Below the pieces are notes generated by a model, which saw only the letters and a program-made list of their open reading frames with translations, was not told the DNA's origin and made no database searches. This document shows positions 28,572 to 37,617 of a stretch of 64,000 bases of DNA, in pieces. Both the position numbers and the translations under genes were made by a program. Position 1 is the stretch's first letter, and each line of letters begins with the position of its first letter. Origin of the DNA: Candidatus Sulfopaludibacter sp. SbA3 (lineage in GTDB: Bacteria > Acidobacteriota > Terriglobia > 20CM-2-55-15); NCBI GenBank assembly GCA_945865815.1, contig CAMBFR010000009.1:689-64688 (forward strand). Reading direction: 5' to 3'.

Positions 28572-28592
28572 AGTGTTTGTTATTTCTGGCGG

Positions 28593-29627
28593 CTATGGCG
28601 TTACCTGGCCGGCGGTTTCCAGCATCCGCTGGGCGAGGAAATTCGAAATCTCAGCCCTGTTCCGCACGGTTTCTGAAAACGCGGCTTTCAGTGTCTGGTC
28701 CTTGCGATTGAAGATGACCTGCCGCACATCGGCCTGAACGCGAGGATCGGTGAATTCTTTCTGTCCGCCGGCATCCCTTTCGATCAACTTGACCACGTGG
28801 TATCCAAAGCGGGTTTCCACGACCTGTGGGAAGGTTTCGCCCGCTCTCATGCGTTGAACCACCTGCGTCAGCCTGGGATCAATGCCTTCAAGCGCCTGGA
28901 GAGGCTGGAAACTCAAATCGCCGCCGTTTGGCGCCGAAGTGGGATCTTCGGAGAACTGCTGGGCGACGGTCGCGAACTCGGCGCCTCCCTGAATCTGCCG
29001 AAGAAGGCGCTGGGCCTTCTGCTGTGCTTCGGCGGGCGTCTTGGCGTCGTCGTTTTGAGTATTCTGAACGGCAGGATCCGCAACCGGAGTCACCAGGATG
29101 TGGGCTATGCGATAGCTTTCGGGCAGGTTGAAGCTTGCCTTGTTCTTATCGAAGAAGCTCTTGATTTCGGCTTCCGATACGGAAATCTTCGACGTGATTT
29201 CCTTGTTCACCAGTTTGTCGAGGGTAATCGTCTTGCGAAGCTCGGCCTTGATGTCATCTGCCGTCGTCTTCTGCTGGGTCAGGAGTTCCTGGAACTTCTC
29301 CTCGGTATACTGGGCCTTGAATTCGTTAAACTTCACATCCACTTCGGCGTCTGTGGCGGTCAAACCCGCTTCGGCAGCCATCTCCAGAAGGATCTGGTCA
29401 TTGATCATCTGGCTGAGGAGTTGAAGCTTCAGTTCCTGGACTTCTTCCGGCGCCGGCTGCTGTTCGGCATTGGCGACCCTGGCCGTGAACTGCTTATCCA
29501 GTTCGGCGGTCGTGATGTCTTTTCCGTTTACGCGGGCCACCACGTCGGCTGAAGCTGTTGGCTCGGACCCGCAGGAGGCAGTTACAAACGAGCCGGCGAG
29601 CACCACTAAGATGGTCAAAAGTTTCAC
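28593..29627 (-). CDS. SurA/PrsA-like peptidyl-prolyl isomerase lipoprotein (parvulin domain)
   Basis: Lipoprotein signal ending in TASC. SurA-N-like chaperone region plus a PpiC-type domain (FGYHVVKLIERD). Confidence 0.75.
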   Translation of the reverse strand: MKLLTILVVLAGSFVTASCGSEPTASADVVARVNGKDITTAELDKQFTARVANAEQQPAPEEVQELKLQLLSQMINDQILLEMAAEAGLTATDAEVDVKFNEFKAQYTEEKFQELLTQQKTTADDIKAELRKTITLDKLVNKEITSKISVSEAEIKSFFDKNKASFNLPESYRIAHILVTPVADPAVQNTQNDDAKTPAEAQQKAQRLLRQIQGGAEFATVAQQFSEDPTSAPNGGDLSFQPLQALEGIDPRLTQVVQRMRAGETFPQVVETRFGYHVVKLIERDAGGQKEFTDPRVQADVRQVIFNRKDQTLKAAFSETVRNRAEISNFLAQRMLETAGQVTP

Positions 29628-29667
29628 TGAAAGCTCCCTTTGGATTGAAGAATAGCCGCCATTCTAG

Positions 29668-29736
29668 CATAGAGGGAATTCTGGAACTCCCCGGAACTCC
29701 CCCGAATTAGACCGCGTCCCCGGAATTCCCTCTATG
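29668..29736. promoter_or_regulatory. structured divergent intergenic region: 14-bp perfect inverted repeat enclosing direct repeats
   Basis: CATAGAGGGAATTC (29668..29681) and GAATTCCCTCTATG (29723..29736). The spacer holds GGAACTCCCC twice and CCCCGGAATTCC. It lies between the SurA-like gene start (29627, minus) and rpmB (29776, plus). Confidence 0.4.
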
Positions 29737-29775
29737 TTATACTTCTGGTTCAATTTTTAGGGGGAGAGCGCCTTC

Positions 29776-29964
29776 ATGGCACGTTGCGAAATTTGTAATA
29801 AAGGTCCAATTTACGGCCATCGCGTAAGCCACGCCCATAATCTGACAAAGAGGCGTTGGAATCCAAACCTTCAAAGAGTACGCGTTGTGGTGGGCAAAGC
29901 CCACAAGAGTATGAGGGTTTGCACGAGCTGCATCCGATCGGGCCGAATCACGAAAACATCCTGA
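29776..29964 (+). CDS. rpmB: 50S ribosomal protein L28
   Basis: MARCEICNKGPIYGHRVSHAHNLTKRRWNPNLQRV..., the canonical bL28 sequence. Confidence 0.95.
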   Translation: MARCEICNKGPIYGHRVSHAHNLTKRRWNPNLQRVRVVVGKAHKSMRVCTSCIRSGRITKTS

Positions 29965-30069
29965 CATCCTCAAACATTGCCCCTGAATCGCGGCTTTCTA
30001 TACGATTGACCAGGTAGCCGGTCTAAAGCGTGGGATTGAAGCTCGCCGGGCTCGGCGCCAGAGGGTTAA

Positions 30070-32781
30070 ATGGTCGTGAGGGGCCTAATAATAGCGCTGT
30101 TGTTGCCTCTGTTCGCTGAGGCTCAGCAGTACTATGGAACCCGCGTAGCCGGACTGGCCGTTTCGGAAGGTTCATCGGAAGTTCCCCTCCAGCCTATTCA
30201 GTCCTTTCCCCTGAAAGTCGGCGACATCATCACCTCCCCCAACGTACGCGCGGCGATCCAGGCCTTGTACGATACGGGGCTCTTCAGTTTCATCGAGGTC
30301 GATGCCACTCCCGATGACAGCGGCACCCGCATTACCTTCCGGGTTCGGCGCCACTACTTCTTCAGTACCTTCCGCCTTCGGCCCGCGACCTTGCTTGAAC
30401 GATCCATTTCGACCTACTTTCGGCTTCCGGTGGGCGAGAAGTTTTCGAATGCCACCGTCGATCGCCTTGTCCAGGACACTGTCGAGTTGCTGCAGTCTGA
30501 AGGATACTTTGGAGCAAAAGTCTCCCCGGAATCCGAATTCGATGACCGGACCCGCCTCGTCCGCGTGACGTTGAATGCCGAGCCGGGACCAAGGGCCAGG
30601 ATCGGTGCGGTCCGCATACTGGGAGGAGAACAAACATTCTCCCGTGAGGAGCTCCTGGATGCTTTCGACGTCGACACGGGTTCGGTTTTTGTGGCGACGG
30701 GGCTGGAACAAGGCATCGCAGACCTGCGGGCAAAATTCACAGACCTGGGCTTCCTGAACACGCGAGTTGAAGTGCAGCGCAACTACGATTCATCCGCAAA
30801 TGCGATTGACTTGAACGTCAGTGTCGAACCGGGCCCGTTCACCCTTGTGGAAGCCCGTGGCTACGATATATCGACGGACAGGCTGCGCGAACTTGTGCCG
30901 ACTTTCGAGGAAGGCACTGTGGATCCCGACCTTGTGGAGGAGGGCCGGGTGGAAATCGACCGATTCCTTCAACGCGAAGGTTACTTCGAGGCGGCAGTCC
31001 GCTCCGAGCTGATCGAGGCCCCTTTCGATAACGCAACGCAGATTATTTACAGCATCGAGCCCGGCGAGCAGCACCGCATAGAGACGGTAAGAATCGATGG
31101 AAATACCTTTTTCAGCGAGAACGAACTGACGTCGCGAATGCAGATCCGGCCCGCCGCATTCCTCAGCCACGGCGGGTTCGGCACGGACCTGCTGGACCAG
31201 GATGTCCGTGCGATTCAGATCATGTACCGGAATGCCGGCTTCGAAGGTACCGAGGTCTCAGGCCGATTTTCCGAAGAAGAGCACGTGATCAATGTCGTGA
31301 TCGAGATTGACGAAGGCGAGCAGCGCCTGGTGAGCTCGATTACATTCCTTGGAAATACTGTCCTGACGGATGCGGATCTCCGGGAAAATCTGCCGTTGAA
31401 GGAGGGCGGACTTTTCACTCCACTCGTTGTCGAGGAAACGCGTAACGTGCTGACGGGCTATTACTACTCGAAGGGTCATCCGGACGTTCGGATAGAACCG
31501 GCAGTGGAGCCTCCCGAGACCGGGCCAGGAGTGAGGGTCACATTCCGCATCACGGAGGGCAACCATTACCAGATTGGAACGATTCTCGTTTCGGGAAATG
31601 AGGTCACCCAGGACAAGATCATTTTCCGGCACAGTCCGATCTATCCAAACACGCCATATAACCCGGAAGACGTCCTCGACGCCCAGCAACGCCTGTATGC
31701 CACGGGCCTGTTCGCCCGCGTGGACGTGGTCACGCTGGACGAGAATCTGCCGGGAGTGCGAAATCTGCTGATTCAGGTCGAAGAGTCCCGAAGGATCCTC
31801 GTTACGTACGGCTTTGGATTTCAGGAATACGAAGGGGCGCGGGGAACCATCGAGGTTTCGTACAACAACCTGTGGGGACTGGACCGGTCGATCAGCCTGC
31901 GCCTTCGCGGCAGCAGGCGCGAGCAGCGATTTCAGGCAACTTACCGTGAGCCTCAGCTCTTTAACTGGAATCTGGATGGCTTCGCTTCGCTGTTCATCGA
32001 ACGCACGAAACGGCGCTCGTTCGACGCCAACCGGTTCGACTTCTCGATTCAGGCGTTGAAACGATTGTCGCCGCAGCAAAACCTCCTGTTCACGACCAGC
32101 TATCAAACGGTCAATCTCCGCGATGTTCGAGATAATCGGCAGGCCATAAAGATTCCCGAAGAGAACGGCGTGATTCAGATCGCCCGAATTGGAGGTTCCC
32201 TGATTCGCGACCGCCGTGACGATCCCATTAATCCATCGACAGGCAGCTTCAATACAACCACGTTTCAGGTCGCGACGAAGGCACTGGCTTCCGAAGTCAA
32301 TTTCACATCCCTCTTCAACCAATCGACTTTCTATACGCCTGCCGGAATCGGCGTTGTTGCAGCTTCGCTGCGGCTCGGCTGGAATCGGACATTTGGAGGT
32401 ACCGAACGCGTTCCAATAAGCGAACGGTATTTCGCCGGTGGTTCGACGACACTGCGTGGATTCGATCTCGATGAAGCGGGTCCGCAGACCGGCGGAAACG
32501 CAATCGTCATCGGAAACGCCGAATACCGCATTCCACTCACGAAGCTTCCGATTCAGGGGATCGGTGCAGCGGCGTTCTACGACACGGGAAACGTTTTCAA
32601 CAAAATCTCGGATGTGCGATTGACCGGCTTCACACATACGACCGGGTTCGGTCTGCGGTACCAGACTCCACTTGGACCTATCCGGATCGATTTTGGAATT
32701 AACTTGAATCCACAACCGTTGCCAAACGGCATGCGTGAGGAAAGGACGCAAGTGTTTTTCACACTCGGCCATGCGTTTTAG
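30070..32781 (+). CDS. bamA: outer membrane protein assembly factor BamA
   Basis: Signal peptide, repeated POTRA-like modules, a C-terminal Omp85 beta-barrel, and a terminal aromatic residue (GHAF). Confidence 0.9.
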   Translation: MVVRGLIIALLLPLFAEAQQYYGTRVAGLAVSEGSSEVPLQPIQSFPLKVGDIITSPNVRAAIQALYDTGLFSFIEVDATPDDSGTRITFRVRRHYFFSTFRLRPATLLERSISTYFRLPVGEKFSNATVDRLVQDTVELLQSEGYFGAKVSPESEFDDRTRLVRVTLNAEPGPRARIGAVRILGGEQTFSREELLDAFDVDTGSVFVATGLEQGIADLRAKFTDLGFLNTRVEVQRNYDSSANAIDLNVSVEPGPFTLVEARGYDISTDRLRELVPTFEEGTVDPDLVEEGRVEIDRFLQREGYFEAAVRSELIEAPFDNATQIIYSIEPGEQHRIETVRIDGNTFFSENELTSRMQIRPAAFLSHGGFGTDLLDQDVRAIQIMYRNAGFEGTEVSGRFSEEEHVINVVIEIDEGEQRLVSSITFLGNTVLTDADLRENLPLKEGGLFTPLVVEETRNVLTGYYYSKGHPDVRIEPAVEPPETGPGVRVTFRITEGNHYQIGTILVSGNEVTQDKIIFRHSPIYPNTPYNPEDVLDAQQRLYATGLFARVDVVTLDENLPGVRNLLIQVEESRRILVTYGFGFQEYEGARGTIEVSYNNLWGLDRSISLRLRGSRREQRFQATYREPQLFNWNLDGFASLFIERTKRRSFDANRFDFSIQALKRLSPQQNLLFTTSYQTVNLRDVRDNRQAIKIPEENGVIQIARIGGSLIRDRRDDPINPSTGSFNTTTFQVATKALASEVNFTSLFNQSTFYTPAGIGVVAASLRLGWNRTFGGTERVPISERYFAGGSTTLRGFDLDEAGPQTGGNAIVIGNAEYRIPLTKLPIQGIGAAAFYDTGNVFNKISDVRLTGFTHTTGFGLRYQTPLGPIRIDFGINLNPQPLPNGMREERTQVFFTLGHAF

Positions 32782-32788
32782 GAAATAT

Positions 32789-33397
32789 ATGTCTGACCTT
32801 TGCACGGGGCTGAAACTCCGCGCCCACAGGTTTTTGTGGATCTTTCTCGTTGCATCCGCGCTGCATGCAGAGGTCATTGATCGAATTCTGGCGGTGGTGC
32901 AGAATCGCATTATTACGCTGAGTGATGTGCGGCAGGAGCGAAGCATTCAACTCGCACTGGCCGAAACAGCGACGAAGGACGATGCGGCAATCCTCGAGGA
33001 ACTGATTGACATTTACCTCATCGAAGCGCAAATCGCGCAATTCCCCGGTATCGAAGTTGACGAAGCCGACGTGGAAGCTGAACTGAACAAGATTCCAGAC
33101 AGGAAAGGGATCGCTGTGAATGACCTTCGCCAGGGAATCCGCCGGAGGCTGGAAGCGTCCAGATACTTCGACCTGCGCTTCCGCCAGTTCATCAACACGT
33201 CCGAAGTGGAAATCCAGAAGTATTACGACGAGGTTTTTGCGCCCGAGGCCCGAAGGCGCGGCCTGGATCCGATTCCGCCTTTGCAGGATGTGGCACGGCT
33301 TGCCACAAATAACGTCGTCGAAGAGAAATTGGCTCATGAGATTGAAATCTGGCTCGCAACGGTGAGGCAAGGGAGCGATATTGAGACTTTTGACTAA
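32789..33397 (+). CDS. periplasmic chaperone-like protein (SurA N-terminal-domain-like), in the skp/ompH position
   Basis: AGGAAA SD. Predicted signal peptide MSDLCTGLKLRAHRFLWIFLVASALHA, whose n-region is encoded by the REP element. The mature part resembles SurA_N. The track start at 32735 is rejected because it overlaps bamA. Confidence 0.5.
   Translation: MSDLCTGLKLRAHRFLWIFLVASALHAEVIDRILAVVQNRIITLSDVRQERSIQLALAETATKDDAAILEELIDIYLIEAQIAQFPGIEVDEADVEAELNKIPDRKGIAVNDLRQGIRRRLEASRYFDLRFRQFINTSEVEIQKYYDEVFAPEARRRGLDPIPPLQDVARLATNNVVEEKLAHEIEIWLATVRQGSDIETFD
32802..32827. repeat. REP-like palindromic element (third locus of the family)
   Basis: GCACGGGGCTGAAACTCCGCGCCCAC, 21 nt after the bamA stop. 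It lies inside the predicted 5' coding region of the next gene. Confidence 0.65.
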
Positions 33398-36300
33398 GCG
33401 GAGGGTGCTGGGGCTGCTGGCGATCGCCGCGGTGATTGCCATGGGTGTCATCGGAGCTCTCTTTGCTTACATCAACTCGCCGGCTTTCAAGCAAACAGCG
33501 CAGGACTTCGTTGTCCGGGAGATCGGAAGGAGAACAGGCGCCGAGGTCACACTGGACAACTTCGACTGGGCTTTCCGGGATCAGCGCTTCTGGCTGGAAG
33601 GGCTGACTCTTCGCGGCCTGGAGCCGGCAACCGATCCGCCATTGGCCCGCGTTCGGCGCATCGACGTCGGGATTCGCCTCCGCACGCTGCTTCAGAGGCG
33701 GGTGGACCTGTTCGAGCTTTTGATCGCGGAACCCGAAACCCATGTTGTGATTGGACCCGACGGACGAACGAACATTCCCTCGCCGCCTCAGGAAGACGCG
33801 CGCAGGCCGTTCAACTTCCGAATATCGATCGATAACTTCAGGATTACAGACGGCGCCGCGTTTTTGAACGAGCGCCGCGTCAATATCGATCTCGGCCTTG
33901 TTGACCTGGCCTCGGATATCCGTTTCAATGGCGTCACCGAAATCCTTTCCGCGCATCTCCGATATACAGGAAATCTTGATCGAGACGATCGACCATCCAT
34001 TCCCTACGACCTTGACGCCGACCTCGATTACGCTCGAAACACGCTGATGGTCCAGCGCATGGAAATAACGTCGGGCAAGTCGGTGTTCAAGCTGCAGGGC
34101 CGGGTTGACCAGCTGCTGTCCGGTAGTACGGCGGGAAAGCTGGAGTACACGGGCGCAGCCGACATTCCGTTCCTGAATTATTTCTTCACCGAGGAGGAGT
34201 TCGCCGGAACGGCAAGCGCGGTGGGCTCCCTTGAATTCTCCAGCGGTCATTTCCTTACCCGGGGGACAACCGCTGCCGACACCATCGACTTCGAAGGTTG
34301 GCATGCCTCGCAGTTCAAGGCGGATTACTTGTACGAGTATCCGGAGAAGCGGGCGGCTTTCAGTAATCTGCGCGCACAGATCATCGATGGCGCCGTTGAA
34401 GGCGACGTCGTTATCGAAAACCTGCCGGGGCCGTCACGGGTTGTCCTGGACCTCGATTACGCGGGAATCGATGCCGCAAACCTTGCGCGCGCCTATCCGT
34501 GGGATCCGGCTTACCGAATTTTTTCGAGAATGACGGGTACGCTTAATGGCTGGTTTGAGGGCAAGCTTGCCCGCTTCCATTTCGCCGGCAATGCGGCGCT
34601 GAGGGCATACACAGGTGACGCGAGTGGTCTTGTGCCGTTTCCGCTCGAAGGCGCCACCGACTATGAATCAGAACCCGGCCAGGTGCGCGTGTCCAATGCG
34701 GACGTTCGTTTTTACTCGACCGCAGTCAAGGCAGATGGCTTGATCCACGGCGAGAATTCCGACCTGAGAGTGAATGCGACATCCTCGAACCTGAGGGAGA
34801 TCGCGTTTCTCTATGGCGATGCCAATGGGGCCGGGTCCTTCGATGGGACTTTGACCGGTCGAATCAAAACACCCATCCTGAATGGCGCGTTCACCCTCGA
34901 CAACCACGTTTTCAAGGGAGAGTGGCGAATTCAACGGGCCGAAGGAAATGTCAGGCTGGATACCGCTGCAGAGATCGCAGATCTTACAAACGCCCGTTTG
35001 GACCAGGGCCAGTCCCGGTTGGTGATTAATGGCACCGCTGCTCTCGATGGCTCCCCCGTCGATCTGCGTGTCCAGGCGACGCGCGCGCTGGGTGAGGATT
35101 TCACTCAGTTTGTAGATCAAAAGATGGGCGGCACATTCAGCGGCGCGGTGCGTGTCACATCCCTGGATCCGGTGCAGGTGGAAGGTGACGTCCAAATCGA
35201 CGACTTTCTGATCGACGACCGATTGATCGGCGACAGTCGGGCCCACATTCGATATTACGAACCTGTTGCCGATCTGACCCAGGTCTCCATCAGGAAAAAC
35301 GAAGCCAGCCTGGATGGGAACATCACATACAACCGGGCCATTGAAACATTGAAGTTTGCGGTCGATGCGAAATCCGTCGATCTTTACAACTTCAAGGATG
35401 CGGGGCTGCCTGAGTCCGTTCGGGGCGTTATTCGGCAGGCACAAATGCGCGGTGACGGGACGCGGCTGAGCCCGAATATCCGGGGCCAGGCCGTAATCGA
35501 AAACCTGGCCGTGTTCGGCGAGGAGTTTCCGCAGGTGAGCATTGGGCTGGCCTCCACCGGCTCAACGCTGAACGTTACAGTCGACGCGGCGCGGAACCTG
35601 AAGATGGCCGCCGATATTGATACCGCCTCAACTGGCTATCCCTTTAAATCGACGGCGACATTCGCCGCATATTCGCTGGATCACATAGCCAGTATTCCGG
35701 AAGGAACGTTTATGGTTTCCGGCAGCGCTGCCATCTCGGGCCTTCTGAGCGATCCGGGAAGCCTGAAGGGCGATGGCAGAATCGAATCGGCCGAAGCCCG
35801 TGTCGAACAGCGCGCCCTGCGCACGAAAGCTCCCTTCCTGGTTGATTTCGACACTAACGGGGTCCGGGTATCCGGGGTGACGTTTACCGGCGAAGGCACT
35901 GAGATCAGCCTGGTGGGCACAATCGGGTTCACTGCCGGCGCGTCACTCGGCCTCGACGTGAGCGGCCGGCTGGATCTTGGGCTCTTTGCTGCGGCGTATC
36001 CGGACTGGTTCTCCAGCGGAAGCGTCAATGTCGAAGGACGCATGAGCGGTACAGCGCAGAATCCGGACCTGCGCGGTGTGGCTCGGTTTTCAAATGGCGC
36101 GTTCGGCCGCCGTGGTTTTTTCACCAGCCTGTCGGGCTTATCCGGCGACCTCTTCTTCGATCAGAATCGCGTCACGGTGAACAATCTGGCGGGCCGGATC
36201 GGGGGCGGCGAGGTTCGAGCCCAGGGAGCCGCGGTTCTGGGTCAGAGGCAAATCAGCTCCATGAATATCCGCATTGAAATGGATGATGTGCGCATGAGAT

Positions 36301-37226
36301 ACCCCGAAGGGCTGCGCACGGTAGTTGACGGCGCGGTTGTTCTCCAGGGAACAGCGGAGTCGCCGCTGGTTCAAGGCAATTTGCAGATTCAGAACCTCTC
36401 CTATCAAAGCGATTTCGACGAGTTCCTTCAACTGTTTCGGGAAGCTGTACTGGATCAAACCGTGTCACCGCTGGGAAGACTTCGGCTGGCGCTGCATGTA
36501 GAGGGGAACCGGAATATTTCGATCCGGAATGAATTGGCCGATGTTGAGGCGCAGCTGAACCTCGACATAACAGGGACGGCGGACAATCCCGCATTGACCG
36601 GTCACATAGAAGCCAGCGGCGGGACGTTGCTGTTCCAGGGCACAAGGTATGAGATCACGCGAGGCAACATTGATTTCGTCGATCCCCTTCGAATCGAGCC
36701 GGTCGTGGATATCCAGGCGGAGACCGAACTGCGCGACTATCGCGTGATACTGGCCATCAGCGGCCGCGGGGAGAGGCTGCGTCTGGATATGCGGTCGGAT
36801 CCTCCCTTGCCGCAACTCGAAATCGTTAGCCTCATTGCCGGGGGCCGGACACGCGAAGAGCTGGCGGCGCGGCCGGGTGGGGGAGCTGTTCCGACCAGCG
36901 AGCAGCTATTCCAGGGAGGCGCGGCGTCCATTTTGTTCGATCTGCTGCAGTCCCGGGTCGGAAACCGGCTCGGCTTGCTCGGACTCGACCGGGTGCGCAT
37001 CGATCCGTTTCTCGTTGGCGCTGAGAATAATCCTGTAGCGCGGCTCACCATTTCCGAGCAGCTCACGAAAGACCTGTCCATCACTTACTCGCAGGACCTG
37101 TCTTCTAATCGACAGCAGATCATCCAGGTCGAATACTTCGTTTCGAGGAATACTTCCGTTGTGGCTTCGCGCGATGAATTAGGTTCACTGGGTCTTGATC
37201 TGAAGTTCAGAACCAGGTTCAGGTAA
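33381..37226 (+). CDS. tamB: translocation and assembly module subunit TamB (AsmA-like, DUF490 C-terminus)
   Basis: 1281 aa. N-terminal signal anchor, a long beta-rich repetitive body, and a conserved C-terminal DUF490-like region. Confidence 0.85.
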   Translation: MRLLTKRRVLGLLAIAAVIAMGVIGALFAYINSPAFKQTAQDFVVREIGRRTGAEVTLDNFDWAFRDQRFWLEGLTLRGLEPATDPPLARVRRIDVGIRLRTLLQRRVDLFELLIAEPETHVVIGPDGRTNIPSPPQEDARRPFNFRISIDNFRITDGAAFLNERRVNIDLGLVDLASDIRFNGVTEILSAHLRYTGNLDRDDRPSIPYDLDADLDYARNTLMVQRMEITSGKSVFKLQGRVDQLLSGSTAGKLEYTGAADIPFLNYFFTEEEFAGTASAVGSLEFSSGHFLTRGTTAADTIDFEGWHASQFKADYLYEYPEKRAAFSNLRAQIIDGAVEGDVVIENLPGPSRVVLDLDYAGIDAANLARAYPWDPAYRIFSRMTGTLNGWFEGKLARFHFAGNAALRAYTGDASGLVPFPLEGATDYESEPGQVRVSNADVRFYSTAVKADGLIHGENSDLRVNATSSNLREIAFLYGDANGAGSFDGTLTGRIKTPILNGAFTLDNHVFKGEWRIQRAEGNVRLDTAAEIADLTNARLDQGQSRLVINGTAALDGSPVDLRVQATRALGEDFTQFVDQKMGGTFSGAVRVTSLDPVQVEGDVQIDDFLIDDRLIGDSRAHIRYYEPVADLTQVSIRKNEASLDGNITYNRAIETLKFAVDAKSVDLYNFKDAGLPESVRGVIRQAQMRGDGTRLSPNIRGQAVIENLAVFGEEFPQVSIGLASTGSTLNVTVDAARNLKMAADIDTASTGYPFKSTATFAAYSLDHIASIPEGTFMVSGSAAISGLLSDPGSLKGDGRIESAEARVEQRALRTKAPFLVDFDTNGVRVSGVTFTGEGTEISLVGTIGFTAGASLGLDVSGRLDLGLFAAAYPDWFSSGSVNVEGRMSGTAQNPDLRGVARFSNGAFGRRGFFTSLSGLSGDLFFDQNRVTVNNLAGRIGGGEVRAQGAAVLGQRQISSMNIRIEMDDVRMRYPEGLRTVVDGAVVLQGTAESPLVQGNLQIQNLSYQSDFDEFLQLFREAVLDQTVSPLGRLRLALHVEGNRNISIRNELADVEAQLNLDITGTADNPALTGHIEASGGTLLFQGTRYEITRGNIDFVDPLRIEPVVDIQAETELRDYRVILAISGRGERLRLDMRSDPPLPQLEIVSLIAGGRTREELAARPGGGAVPTSEQLFQGGAASILFDLLQSRVGNRLGLLGLDRVRIDPFLVGAENNPVARLTISEQLTKDLSITYSQDLSSNRQQIIQVEYFVSRNTSVVASRDELGSLGLDLKFRTRFR

Positions 37227-37605
37227 CTATCGCGATGCAGTCGATCTCTACCGAAACGTCGCGGGGGAGGCGGGCCACTTCCACCGTTGCGCGGGCGGGC
37301 GGCAACGCCTGGAAAAATTCGGCGTAAGCCGCGTTCATTTCCGCGAACTCGTTCATGTCTTTCAGATAAACCGTCGTCTTGACGACGTTCTTGAGAGATG
37401 CGCCGCCAGCCTGAAGAATCCCTTGAATGTTTTGGAGAACACGGCGGGTTTGCGCTTGAATGCCCTTGTCCTCGATGATCTGGCCGTTGGATGGATCGAT
37501 CGGAATCTGGCCGGAAACGAAAATAAGATTGCCTGCGCGGATAGCTTGCGAATAAGGACCGATCGCAGACGGGCCGAGCGATGTGCTGATTGCGGTGTGG
37601 CTCAT
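37219..37605 (-). CDS. ridA: RidA family reactive-intermediate deaminase (YjgF/L-PSP)
   Basis: 128 aa with a YjgF signature ([23 protein letters not shown]). Confidence 0.85.
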   Translation of the reverse strand: MSHTAISTSLGPSAIGPYSQAIRAGNLIFVSGQIPIDPSNGQIIEDKGIQAQTRRVLQNIQGILQAGGASLKNVVKTTVYLKDMNEFAEMNAAYAEFFQALPPARATVEVARLPRDVSVEIDCIAIVT

Positions 37606-37617
37606 AATGGGCTCCGG

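Noticed and set aside
28529-28711. 60-aa plus-strand ORF MGSGDGHGAQAPRPQ...
   Set aside because: It simply reads through the REP element and the convergent intergenic region. There is no SD.
19260-32827. Dispersed copies of a 26-nt palindrome considered as a CRISPR array
   Set aside because: The copies are kilobases apart, in both orientations and intergenic, with no regular spacers. This is REP-like, not CRISPR.
31258-32946. 562-aa minus-strand ORF opposite bamA
   Set aside because: Antisense artefact that spans a gene boundary and a REP element.
33192-34304. 370-aa minus-strand ORF opposite tamB
   Set aside because: Antisense artefact.
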